Positions 29,233 to 39,433 of a DNA stretch of 64,000 nt are shown here, piece after piece (the stretch's first letter is position 1; every line of letters begins with the position of its first letter). The DNA comes from Candidatus Multivoradales bacterium (lineage in GTDB: Bacteria; Acidobacteriota; Thermoanaerobaculia; Multivoradales; Multivoraceae): contig CBDCWI010000002.1 of the NCBI GenBank assembly GCA_965223325.1, positions 416,001 to 480,000 of the forward strand, in the 5' to 3' direction. The position numbers were made by a program, and so were the translations under genes. The notes beneath the pieces were generated by a model that was not told where the DNA came from, did no database searches, and saw only the letters and a program-made list of their open reading frames with translations.

Positions 29233-30723
29233 TCAACGGAGATCAGAGTATACGACGCGCCGGAGGCTCTTGCGGGTGGCCAGAAACAGCGATCGACCCT
29301 CGAAAACCGGGGACGAATAGACCCCGACAGCGAGTTCGGCCTCTGCCAAGACCTCGAGTTCAGGACCCAGACCGAGCACAGCCAGGTCGCCGTCTGTGTC
29401 GACAACCAGGACCCGATCGCCGACCACCAGTGGAGTCGCCCAGATCGGCGCCAACATGTCGTAGCGCCAGTGCTCGCTGCCATCTCCAGGGTCGAGGGCG
29501 TGGACGTAGCCATCGAGGTCGACGGCAAGCACCATTCCTGGGGCCGCCGCGACCCGTGCGATGGTGCGGCCGAAGCGTGCACCAGCAGACCCGCTGTCGG
29601 TCCCCATGCTCCAGGCGAGTACCGGTTCGCCACCGGGAAGCGCGTCGAGGGCGAACAGCCGGCCCGGCGCCGCTCCCGCCTCGGGATCACGACCCATGGC
29701 CAGGTAGATGCGGTGCTTCGCTCGGCCTCCCAGCCCTGGTACGACCACCGGGCTCGCGACGATCGCATGCCGCAGGTGTTCGGAGGCGTCCCCCTGCCCC
29801 TGGTTACCGTCGAAGCTCCAGCGCAGCGCGCCGGTCGCGGGGTCGAGAGCCACCAGGCGCCCGTCTCCGCCGCCGTAGAGCACCGCGCCACCTCCTCTCT
29901 GCGGGCCGGGCAGCCAGGTGGGGCTCGACCATTGACCGTCGACCAGATCGCCATCGGCGATCTCGAAGGTCCACAGCAGTTCTCCCGTGCGCCGAGTAAC
30001 GGCGATAAGACCGGGGCTTCGGGTGTCCCCGCCGCTGTGCTTTGCGCCGCGTCCTTCAGGCGGACCGTGGCCGGTGGCGACGAAAACCCGCTCGCCCACC
30101 ACGAGCGGCGACGAGGCCGACATGAAGTGCTGGCGAACACCCAGGCGCGCTGGCATGTCGAAGGCCCAGCGCACGCTTCCGCCTCGGTCGATTGCCGTCA
30201 GCTCACCGCGGTTGGTGACGAAGAACAGGCCTCCCGAGCCGGTGACGGTCGGAGTCGAGCAGATTCCCTGGAGCGGCCAATCGCGATCGCCGTCGGCGAG
30301 CTTTGAACGCTCGAAGCGCCAGATACGAGCGCCGGTCTCGAGGTCGAAGCCCAGGAGCACACCGAGATCTGGCGCATCGATAGCTGCGTCCGCGGCCGAC
30401 TCGCCGTTGGTTCCGACGACCACCATCTGCGGAGTGATCACCGGCCCGGCATAGCTTTCCGAGCCGAGTTCGACCTCCCACACCTCACGAGCCCTCGCCT
30501 CACCCAGCAGCCAGTCTTCGAGCGCCACCGGTCCGGAGGGCGTGACCACCGGGTTGCGCGACAGGGGCCAGACGTCTTCCGCCGCGAAAGGCGACCGCAC
30601 GCGCGCGGCGCTTGGCGACTCGCTCGCACCGTCGGTCGAGGCACAACCAGCGAGCAGAGCCAGGCTCGAAGCCACGATAAGGAGCCGCCACCGGCCTGAG
30701 CTCGCTGCCCTGGGCGACGTCAC
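29233..30723 (-). CDS. PQQ-like beta-propeller lipoprotein (paralog of 25203-26702)
   Basis: GTG start overlapping upstream stop; lipobox LLAG-C; LGSESYAGPVI and DWPLQGICSTP shared with the 499-aa propeller. Confidence 0.8.
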   Translation of the reverse strand: MTSPRAASSGRWRLLIVASSLALLAGCASTDGASESPSAARVRSPFAAEDVWPLSRNPVVTPSGPVALEDWLLGEARAREVWEVELGSESYAGPVITPQMVVVGTNGESAADAAIDAPDLGVLLGFDLETGARIWRFERSKLADGDRDWPLQGICSTPTVTGSGGLFFVTNRGELTAIDRGGSVRWAFDMPARLGVRQHFMSASSPLVVGERVFVATGHGPPEGRGAKHSGGDTRSPGLIAVTRRTGELLWTFEIADGDLVDGQWSSPTWLPGPQRGGGAVLYGGGDGRLVALDPATGALRWSFDGNQGQGDASEHLRHAIVASPVVVPGLGGRAKHRIYLAMGRDPEAGAAPGRLFALDALPGGEPVLAWSMGTDSGSAGARFGRTIARVAAAPGMVLAVDLDGYVHALDPGDGSEHWRYDMLAPIWATPLVVGDRVLVVDTDGDLAVLGLGPELEVLAEAELAVGVYSSPVFEGRSLFLATRKSLRRVVYSDLR

Positions 30724-31211
30724 ACCGGCTTGAACATGGTCACCAACCAGGCGCCGGTGCCAGCCATCGCGATTCCCAGCAGGAACGGCCAGCGAATCGC
30801 GTCCAGGCCTCCGGCGGGCGGATGAAACGACATCGCGACGAACGCGTTGACGATCGGGGCACAGCCAAAAACGATCGACATCACGACTGCCGGAGTGCCC
30901 CCGCTGCCGAACGCCAGGAGCACACCGAAGGCCCCGATCGCCCCAACGACGCCGGCCACCAGTGACCAGATCGCACCCTTGGGAGATACGGCAAAGCCAC
31001 CGCCGTTCAACCACAGAAGAGCGGCCGGCGCCAGCACCGCGGTCAAGAAGTACGCAATGCCAACCCACAGAAACGCTTTGTAGCGACCGTTGATCGGGTC
31101 TCCGATCGCCATGTTTCCCTGGTGCAGAAAGACGCCGTAGCACCCCCATGCCGCAACCGTCATGAAAGCAAACCACAGCCAACCCATCGAAGCACCATCG
31201 GTCGTTGCCAT
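30720..31211 (-). CDS. Small 5-TM membrane protein (DMT/EamA-like half)
   Basis: Five hydrophobic helices, WGCYG, GVVGAIGAFG, VMSIVFGCAPIVN; GGAGG RBS. Confidence 0.75.
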   Translation of the reverse strand: MATTDGASMGWLWFAFMTVAAWGCYGVFLHQGNMAIGDPINGRYKAFLWVGIAYFLTAVLAPAALLWLNGGGFAVSPKGAIWSLVAGVVGAIGAFGVLLAFGSGGTPAVVMSIVFGCAPIVNAFVAMSFHPPAGGLDAIRWPFLLGIAMAGTGAWLVTMFKPV

Positions 31212-31262
31212 CTAACGAACCTCCCTTGTTCAGCCCGCAGTACTGAGTGTTTCCGCCACGCG

Positions 31263-31307
31263 TGTTGTAAAGCTCTACCGATCTTAGCCGGTGTGAGCGC
31301 TACAACA
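31263..31307. promoter_or_regulatory. Extended imperfect inverted repeat between dynamin stop and cluster first gene
   Basis: TGTTGTA..GCTC.ACCG / CGGT..GAGC..TACAACA. Confidence 0.4.
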
Positions 31308-31312
31308 AGCGG

Positions 31313-33037
31313 TCAGATCTGTTCGATGCGGCCGGCGAGCTCCTCGAGCCGGTGGCGGAGTGCACGGAACGTCTCGCGCTCGCCCTCGAGCTTCTCGCGT
31401 TCGGAGCGCACGAAGCGGGTGTACGGCTGAACCGCTTCTTCGATCGAGCGCTGGCTGCGCGAGATCTCACTCTCGAACTGGCTACGCAGGCTCGCAGTGA
31501 GCTGGCTCCGCAGTTGGCCCAGGCGCTCGCGAAGTTCGGCCTTGGCCTGCCGGCGCTTGTTGGGAATCACGAACAGCCCCAACGTCGCCAGAGTGCCGGC
31601 GGCCAGAAAGCCAGTGATGTCGGCAGCGGTCGTACTCGCCAGGGCCGCCACCAGACCGCCGAGTCCCACCGCTCCGACCTGGAGGAGCGCGGTGCCGGCA
31701 ACGGCCTGTTGGACGCTCGCCGCTAGACGTTCCGACTCGTGACGTTGGTCGTAGGTCTCGACGGCCCGACTCGCGGAGCGCCCGAGGCTGTCGAGTAGGC
31801 GCGCGCGCGAGGTTTCGAACGCACTCTCCTCCACCGAACCGACGATGCGCCCCTCGTGCTCGCCCTCACGCCGGCGCACATGCGCGGTCACCGCCTGCCA
31901 CTGCCGAAGCTCACTATCGACCATCCAGTCGATCAGGTCGTTGACCATCTTCTCGATTCGATCCGGCAGGTCGCCGATGACCTCACGTTCGAAGGCCAAC
32001 TGGTTCTTCGACTTGTTGAGGAGGTCGGGCACCCGCAGGATGCGAAGGCGGTCATCGAAGAACGCAATCCCACGGTTCTCGATTTCGCCGATCAGCGCTT
32101 CGACTTCGTTGAGCCGATGCCTGAACTCGCGGTCCATGTCCTCGCGGTAGAGAGCAACCTGACGCTCGAGATCGTCCAGAGTCTCGAAGTCACCGGCGAG
32201 CAGCTCGAGGCGCTGGTCGCCAACCGTAGATTGCTCGGCGACCAGCTTCAGACCGACGTGGAGCGGGTTCTCCAACTTGAGGCGCAACCGTTCGCGTTCG
32301 TCGAGGGTTTCATTGACAAAGGCGAGGAGCTCCTCGAACGCCGCGTCCTCTTCCCCCGCCTCAATAGCGCGCAATGCCCGCCGCCCACTGAGGGCAAACA
32401 CCGTGGGATCGAAGCCCAGGAGACTGTTGGCACTCTCACGAACAAAGCGCACCACCTGATCGATCTCGTCCTGGCGTTCGAGGATGTCGATCTTGTTGAC
32501 CAACACGACGACCTTCTTGCCCCACTCCCGCAGGCCTTGCATGAAGGCACGCTCGCTCTCGGTGAACGGGCGATCGGCCGAGGTCACGAACAGCACCAGG
32601 TCGGCGCGCGGTACGAAACGCCGCGTCAGCGCCTCATGCTCACGGTCGATGGCGTTGGTGCCCGGAGTGTCGACGAGGTGGATCTGCCGCAGGAGCTCGA
32701 TCGGCGCTTCGATGATCGTGTAGCCGTCTTCGGCGACCCGCCGGTCCACCGCGTCGCCGTAGCGCAGAAGATGCACCTGGCCGGTCGTCGGAGTTACGCC
32801 CTGTTCGAGGAGGTCCTGACCGATCAGAGCGTTGAGAAGCACGCTCTTGCCGGCGTTGAACTCCCCCACCACGACCAGGAGGAACAACTCGTCGAGCTGC
32901 CGGAGAGAATCCGCCAACGCCTCCTGGCTCGGCGTCGGCGCACCCGCCGCCGCCAGCGACGCGCGCAAGTCACCGAGCGTCACGCGCAGGTCGGACAAGA
33001 GGGTTTCGGAGTCACGCTCCAGGATTTTTCGCAGCAT
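31313..33037 (-). CDS. Bacterial dynamin-like GTPase (FZL/mitofusin-like)
   Basis: GEFNAGKS (G1), GVTPTT (G2), DTPG (G3), NKID (G4), long coiled coils, hydrophobic hairpin near C-terminus. Confidence 0.88.
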   Translation of the reverse strand: MLRKILERDSETLLSDLRVTLGDLRASLAAAGAPTPSQEALADSLRQLDELFLLVVVGEFNAGKSVLLNALIGQDLLEQGVTPTTGQVHLLRYGDAVDRRVAEDGYTIIEAPIELLRQIHLVDTPGTNAIDREHEALTRRFVPRADLVLFVTSADRPFTESERAFMQGLREWGKKVVVLVNKIDILERQDEIDQVVRFVRESANSLLGFDPTVFALSGRRALRAIEAGEEDAAFEELLAFVNETLDERERLRLKLENPLHVGLKLVAEQSTVGDQRLELLAGDFETLDDLERQVALYREDMDREFRHRLNEVEALIGEIENRGIAFFDDRLRILRVPDLLNKSKNQLAFEREVIGDLPDRIEKMVNDLIDWMVDSELRQWQAVTAHVRRREGEHEGRIVGSVEESAFETSRARLLDSLGRSASRAVETYDQRHESERLAASVQQAVAGTALLQVGAVGLGGLVAALASTTAADITGFLAAGTLATLGLFVIPNKRRQAKAELRERLGQLRSQLTASLRSQFESEISRSQRSIEEAVQPYTRFVRSEREKLEGERETFRALRHRLEELAGRIEQI

Positions 33038-33158
33038 GGGGCTCTAGGGATTCTCGCGCAGTAGCGGCAGGCGTTTCCTGACGCTATCCCATCGCCCTAC
33101 CCGATTCGTGCTCGGGGAGTGCCCCACCACGGCACAAATGCAAACCGCAAGCGCCCTC

Positions 33159-34016
33159 TCAGGGAACTGCGCGGCTCCAGTCCGCCAGCGACGGGTCTTC
33201 GAAGCCCGAACTGAAGAGCGGCGGCACTCCGGCAAACGTCCAGCTGACGATGTACTGCGGCTGGTAGCAGAGACCGGTGCCGGCGGTGAAGCCAACGTAG
33301 ATCTCGTCGTTGTCGTCGTAGATTCCGAGAGCGTCGATGTCGACGGCTGCTTCGAGCTCTGTCTGACCGTCGAGTTGTACCTCGATCTGGCCGGCGGCGT
33401 AGGTGATGGTCACCGTGCGCTCGGACCCCCGCAATGAGCTCGCCGGGCTTGCCAGGGCCAGCGTGGCAACGGGCGATGAGAGGTTTGGATCGGTGCCCAT
33501 GGACTGCACGGCGATGTGGTTGCCGTCGGGCTCCATGAACTCGACCGTGTTGTGCCAGGTGTCGATCTCGACCACCAGGCTGTTGGGAATTCCGTCGACG
33601 CCTTCGCCGGTGCCGTAGCCGATACCGATCCCCGAGCCACCGATCGCTTCGAGGTCGTTGCTCTGCATAACGAAGGCGATGCCATCACCCGGCCGGTTGA
33701 CACACACCGGTTCCTCGGAGGGGAATTGCGGTTCTTCGATGCGATAGGTGAACGTGGTCACGAAACCGTTCTCGAGCGACACCGGAGTGTTGAACCAGAC
33801 CGCTCCAACCTCGTAGGTCACCTCGTCGGTCAGGCGGACTTCACCACCGACCTGGGCGGCATCGGAAACCAGTGTGAGGTCCGAGACGTCGGTAAAGTCC
33901 GGCTTGTCGACGAAATCCTGGGCAACGGCAGGCGACAGAGTCGCGCCGAGAATGAGCAGAGCGGCAAGAACGTACAGCGATGGCACGCCTCTCCCTGCTT
34001 CTACACGTAAACGCAT
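33159..34016 (-). CDS. Secreted L-type (legume) lectin domain protein with C-terminal FSSGFE tag
   Basis: AGGAG RBS; signal peptide; VRLT...GAVW, GDGIAFV, VVEIDTW.N, NHIAV, YVGFTAGTG lectin motifs. Confidence 0.85.
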   Translation of the reverse strand: MRLRVEAGRGVPSLYVLAALLILGATLSPAVAQDFVDKPDFTDVSDLTLVSDAAQVGGEVRLTDEVTYEVGAVWFNTPVSLENGFVTTFTYRIEEPQFPSEEPVCVNRPGDGIAFVMQSNDLEAIGGSGIGIGYGTGEGVDGIPNSLVVEIDTWHNTVEFMEPDGNHIAVQSMGTDPNLSSPVATLALASPASSLRGSERTVTITYAAGQIEVQLDGQTELEAAVDIDALGIYDDNDEIYVGFTAGTGLCYQPQYIVSWTFAGVPPLFSSGFEDPSLADWSRAVP

Positions 34017-34190
34017 GGAAGGTCTCCTTGATCGGGGATGTCTATAGAGCGATCGCAATACTACCGAAGACTGGTAACGGCCGATGCAACGAATCGGAGG
34101 ATCAACAGGAACGTCGTATTCTCCCTCGCAGGAGAACAGGCCCCGAGCACCAACCCCACCCCTTATCGAAACGGTACGATCGCCTCGCCG

Positions 34191-35021
34191 ATGAGCAATC
34201 CCGACGCCCCACAACCAGACGACGAAGCGCGCCGAGAGAAGACGGCCTCTCCACCCGCGCCAGGCAAGACCAGCTTCGGCTGGCCGGCCGCCTTCACCGT
34301 CGTCGCGATCGCGATTCTCGGTGTGGCGCTGTGGGTGTTCGAAGCGATCCGTTCAGTGCCAGGAGACGTGGTCGAAAGTGGTCGCGCGGTGCTCTCCGAT
34401 CTCACCGACCTGGCGCGGGCCTTCAACGAGGGCCATGTCGAGACCTCGTTTCTGAGCTATGCCACCGAAGTCTCGGGCAACACCTACCTGCAGTTCGCCA
34501 CCCTCGACCAGACTGAAGTCTTCGAGCGCACCGACCATGCCTCGACACTCTGGGGGCAGCTCGAACTCCCTGAAGTCGTCGTGCACGCCACCGCCCCGGT
34601 GACCTATACCTATTACCTCGACCTCGAAGGCGCCTGGCACTTTCAGGTCGAAGGCAACCAGGTCAAGGTCAGTGCGCCACCGATTCGCTTCAACAAGCCG
34701 GCGGTCGACATCTCACAACTCGAGTTCCGAGTGTCGAGTGGCAGCTTGTTCCGTGACGAAGAGGCCGCGACCGAGGCGTTGCGTGCCGGCATCACGGCGA
34801 TGGCCCGCCGCAAGGCGCAAGAGAACACCGACCTGGTGCGCGAGGTCGGACGACGACGCACCGAGGAGTTCATCGCCACCTGGCTCCTCGAGAGCTTCGC
34901 CGAACCCGACGTGCCGTGGGACGTCGAGGTGCACTTCGCCGATGAAGATGTGCCCATCCTCCAGGCACCGACCATCGACAACGGCTCGCGCCTCATCGAG
35001 CCGGGCGAAGGCCCGCGCTAG
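34191..35021 (+). CDS. DUF4230-like membrane-anchored protein
   Basis: Single N-terminal TM then soluble domain (APVTYTYYLDL, APPIRFNKPAVD); family assignment from recognition only. Confidence 0.6.
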   Translation: MSNPDAPQPDDEARREKTASPPAPGKTSFGWPAAFTVVAIAILGVALWVFEAIRSVPGDVVESGRAVLSDLTDLARAFNEGHVETSFLSYATEVSGNTYLQFATLDQTEVFERTDHASTLWGQLELPEVVVHATAPVTYTYYLDLEGAWHFQVEGNQVKVSAPPIRFNKPAVDISQLEFRVSSGSLFRDEEAATEALRAGITAMARRKAQENTDLVREVGRRRTEEFIATWLLESFAEPDVPWDVEVHFADEDVPILQAPTIDNGSRLIEPGEGPR

Positions 35022-35054
35022 GCCCCTCTGCTCCCCTGCCGCGAACCGAGATTC

Positions 35055-36320
35055 ATGCTGCCCCGTTTCGAAGACCGCAAGGCGCTCGAGCGCCACCAGG
35101 AAAAGCGCCTCTGCGATCTTCTTCGTGGAGCTCTGCGCAGCAACCAGTTCATACGCAACAAGCTCGGCCGGCTCGAGCGACCGCCAAGCCTCGAGGACCT
35201 CCGCCACCTGCCGCTCACCACCAAGGGTGAGCTGGTTGCCGACCAGGCCAACAACCCGCCGTGGGGAACCAACCTCACCTTCGAACTGCGTGACTACACC
35301 CGCCACCACCGCACCTCTGGAACGGCAGGCCAGCCCATGCACTGGCTCGACACGCGCGACAGCTGGAGCTGGTTTCTCGAGTGCTGGCGCGAAGTTCTCG
35401 CCCGCGCACGCTTCACCGGCCGTGAACGCATCTTCTTCGCCTTCTCCTTCGGCCCCTTTATCGGCTTCTGGGGAGCCTACGAAGCCGCGCAGCTCGACGG
35501 CATGATGGTGATGACCGGCGGAGCGATGACTGGAAGTCAGCGACTCGATGCACTCACCCACCAGCGCGCCACGTCGCTCGTGTGCACGCCGACCTATGCG
35601 CTCCATCTCGCCAGCCTCGCCAAAGACCGGGGACTCGACCTTGCCAGCTCCGATGTAGAGCGCATCCTCTGCGCTGGTGAGCCTGGGGCAAGCGTTCCCA
35701 ACGTGCGCCAGCGCATCGAAGAGGCCTGGGGAGCGCGCGTTTACGACCACGCCGGTGCCACGGAACTCGGCGCCTGGGGAGCGCCAGGCGACCAACCGGA
35801 TTCGCTGGTCGTCCTCGAAAGCGAGTTCATTGCTGAAGTCATCGACCCGGAGACCGCGGAGCCGGCTCAACCGGACAAGGATGGCAAACGGCACGGGGAG
35901 CTCGTTTTGACGAACCTCGGTCGCGAATGCTCGCCGCTCATTCGCTACCGCACCGGCGACCTCGTAGCCCTCGAGAACGAAACGGAGGGCCAGCAACCTC
36001 TCGCCCGACTGCACGGCGGAGTCCTTGGCCGCGCCGACGACATGTTGATCGTACGCGGCGTCAACGTCTACCCCAGCGCCATCGACGACATCGTGCGCTC
36101 CATCCCGGAGATCGTCGAGTATCGAATCACGGTCGACCGGCGCGGCGAGCTCATCGAACTCAACGCTGAAGTCGAAGCACCCGAAGACGCCGCCGCACAT
36201 CTCGCCAACCGTTTTCACCAACGCCTCGCGCTGCGCATTCCGGTGACCACCGTCGCAGCCGACAGCCTGCCGCGCTTCGAGCTCAAGGCGAAACGCTGGC
36301 AAGACAAAGACGCCTCTTAA
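35055..36320 (+). CDS. Phenylacetate-CoA ligase-family (ANL) adenylating enzyme
   Basis: LPLTTK.EL, RTSGTAG, TPTYAL, GEPG, DHAGATE, RYRTGD, GRADDMLIVRGVNVYP. Confidence 0.88.
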   Translation: MLPRFEDRKALERHQEKRLCDLLRGALRSNQFIRNKLGRLERPPSLEDLRHLPLTTKGELVADQANNPPWGTNLTFELRDYTRHHRTSGTAGQPMHWLDTRDSWSWFLECWREVLARARFTGRERIFFAFSFGPFIGFWGAYEAAQLDGMMVMTGGAMTGSQRLDALTHQRATSLVCTPTYALHLASLAKDRGLDLASSDVERILCAGEPGASVPNVRQRIEEAWGARVYDHAGATELGAWGAPGDQPDSLVVLESEFIAEVIDPETAEPAQPDKDGKRHGELVLTNLGRECSPLIRYRTGDLVALENETEGQQPLARLHGGVLGRADDMLIVRGVNVYPSAIDDIVRSIPEIVEYRITVDRRGELIELNAEVEAPEDAAAHLANRFHQRLALRIPVTTVAADSLPRFELKAKRWQDKDAS

Positions 36321-36347
36321 GGCCAACGCCTCAGAGAGACACCGCGC

Positions 36348-37235
<888 letters not shown>

Positions 37236-37760
37236 CCGAACGAGCACCGCGTTCGAAGTCGGTAAACGGCTCGCGGCCGTCAAGCGATGCCTCGATCGAG
37301 GCCAACGGGCGGCCCTACCCAAGCCAGGCCCAACAATCCAGCCACCAACGCACCGCCCACCCTGCATCAAGAGAGATCCCCGTCCGTCGTGATGCGGGTG
37401 AGTGCGTGGGCGACGGTCCAGGGTGCTCTTCGTGGCCGAACGACCTAAGGGCAAACGACCCACAGCCGTCAAGCCATGCATCGATCACGGCCAACGGGCG
37501 GCCCTACCCAAGCCTGGCCCAACAATCCAGCCGCCAACGCACCGCCCACCCTGCATCAAGAGAGACCCCCGTCCGTCGTGATGACGCGAGAGCGCGGGTG
37601 AGTGCGTGGGCGACGGTCCAGGGTGCTCTTGGCGGCCGAACGAGCACCGTGTTCGAAGGCGGTAAACCACCCGCGGCCGTCAAGCGCAGGCGACGCTACC
37701 CAAGGCAGGCTCAGCAAGCGTCGCCGTGCCCAGGACCGTCGCCCACGCACTCACCCGCGC
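37236..37760. repeat. 200-bp-period tandem repeat element with 28-bp inverted repeats (REP/BIME- or MITE-like)
   Basis: CCGAACGA at 37236/37436/37636; 95-bp core 37300-37394 vs 37489-37583 with 3 mismatches; perfect 28-bp IR 37592-37619 / 37733-37760. Confidence 0.9.
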
Positions 37761-37804
37761 GGCGACCCCCCAAGCCCAACCATCAACCAAGAACAACAAA
37801 AGCG

Positions 37805-39337
37805 TCAAGGACGGAGATCGAACCCCACCATTTCACGCGCGTTACGAACCAGCAGAACCCCGTCACCAGCAACCGCAGGAACGTTCCAGGTCTTGCCCGA
37901 AACCGCATCCATCGAAACCAACTCCTCATGCCGCTCCGGGCTAGCCCGAACCAGCACCAACCGCCCCCGCTCCGTCGAAACCAACAAAACATGCTCACCA
38001 GACTCAGCCGAGCGCATCAGCAACACCTGCCCGTGACCATACCGCCCGCCCTTCCAGAGCCGCTTGCCAGTGCGCACTTCGACCGCCGCCAGAATCCCCT
38101 CGTCGAGCCCATAGACAACATCGTCAAGCAGAACCGAGCTCGAGAACTTGTTCTTCATCGTGTTCTCGAACCACACTTCGCGTGCCTCGAGGTCCTTGCC
38201 ATCACCCAGCAGCTCCACCAACGCCGCGCCCTTCCCGTAGCCCGACGAAATGAACACATGCCGCTCGTCGACCACGATCGGTTGCGCTGCGTTGACGTCG
38301 TACTGCGTTGCCCACGGCGTGCTCCACAGGAGCTCACCCCGAGTCGTCGTACCGAGTAGGCGCTCCGCCGTCACCAGGAGGAGCTGCTCACGCCCAGCCA
38401 GCTCAACCCGCATCGGCGCAACGTAGGCCGCGCGGTCGTTGAGCGCTTTCCAGGACACCTGCCCGGTGCGCGCGTCGTAGGCCACCATCCCATGCCCCGC
38501 GCCACCTGGGAGCACGACCACCTCCTGGGCCCCCGAACTCCCCACCTGAACCAAAGGAGACGCAGCCATACCCCATTCGATGTTGCTCGCCCCCGCATCC
38601 TCGAGAATGTTCGTACGCCAGCGCAGCGTCCCGGTCTCGAGATCGAGCGCGCGCAGCTCACCACTGGCGCCGAGGGCGTACAACGTATCGCCCGAAACCG
38701 CCGGCGTTGAGCGCGGACCGTCGCCACCCATCGACTCCGAGAACCGGTTCGGCCACGAGTCGACCCAGAGTTCCGCGCCAGACATCACGTCATAGGCCGC
38801 CACCACCTCCTGGTCGCGCCGCTGCTCGAGCGTGAAGGCTCGCCCGTCAGCCGCAACGAACGAGCCGTAGCCATCACCGATCGGCTGCCGCCAGAGCTCC
38901 TCCGGCGGCCGCTTCCCCCAATCCGTCCGCACCGGCTGTGAGACCACTCCCGAGAACCCGACGCCACGGTACGTTGGCCACGAAGGAGCAACGTTCCTCG
39001 CCACCGCCGCGCTGTCTGCAGTTGCCGGCTCGACAATCGCCACCGGCGCCTCGCCCTCGACGTCGACGTCGTAGGTCTCGTTCGCGAGCGGCGCCAGCGC
39101 GACCTTTGCACCATTGACCGCCTCATCGGCCGACTCGCCGAGGGCATCCCCAGCCTGCAGTTCCCGATGGGCCTCGAGGCGCTCATAGTGCTCCTCGGCG
39201 TCGGGCCCGAAGCTGACCACCGGCAGCCACGACGTGCCACCGATTTCAACCCGCATCCCAAACACAAAAACGAGCACCATCGCAGCCAGGCCCAGGACCA
39301 GGGCCGCACCGACAACGAACTTCACAAGACGTTTCAT
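37805..39337 (-). CDS. Membrane-anchored PQQ-like beta-propeller protein
   Basis: N-terminal TM, WPTYRG, LWRQPIGDGYGS, GPRSTP, WKGGRYGHGQ, KTWNVP. Confidence 0.85.
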   Translation of the reverse strand: MKRLVKFVVGAALVLGLAAMVLVFVFGMRVEIGGTSWLPVVSFGPDAEEHYERLEAHRELQAGDALGESADEAVNGAKVALAPLANETYDVDVEGEAPVAIVEPATADSAAVARNVAPSWPTYRGVGFSGVVSQPVRTDWGKRPPEELWRQPIGDGYGSFVAADGRAFTLEQRRDQEVVAAYDVMSGAELWVDSWPNRFSESMGGDGPRSTPAVSGDTLYALGASGELRALDLETGTLRWRTNILEDAGASNIEWGMAASPLVQVGSSGAQEVVVLPGGAGHGMVAYDARTGQVSWKALNDRAAYVAPMRVELAGREQLLLVTAERLLGTTTRGELLWSTPWATQYDVNAAQPIVVDERHVFISSGYGKGAALVELLGDGKDLEAREVWFENTMKNKFSSSVLLDDVVYGLDEGILAAVEVRTGKRLWKGGRYGHGQVLLMRSAESGEHVLLVSTERGRLVLVRASPERHEELVSMDAVSGKTWNVPAVAGDGVLLVRNAREMVGFDLRP

Positions 39338-39433
39338 ACGCAAACTATACGAGCCCCACCGCCCCCAGGGTTCGCCCCCGCCTTCAGGGCAACTCGCTAG
39401 CCCCCTCCAGCCGTCGAGCCATCACGAGGGGCC

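Noticed and set aside
30724-31182. 649-aa version of the lipoprotein propeller
   Set aside because: Upstream part overlaps the 5-TM gene in another frame; lipobox position supports the GTG start at 30723
37236-37760. CRISPR array or autonomous IS
   Set aside because: Units are long and near-identical with no unique spacers; no transposase ORF or target-site duplication
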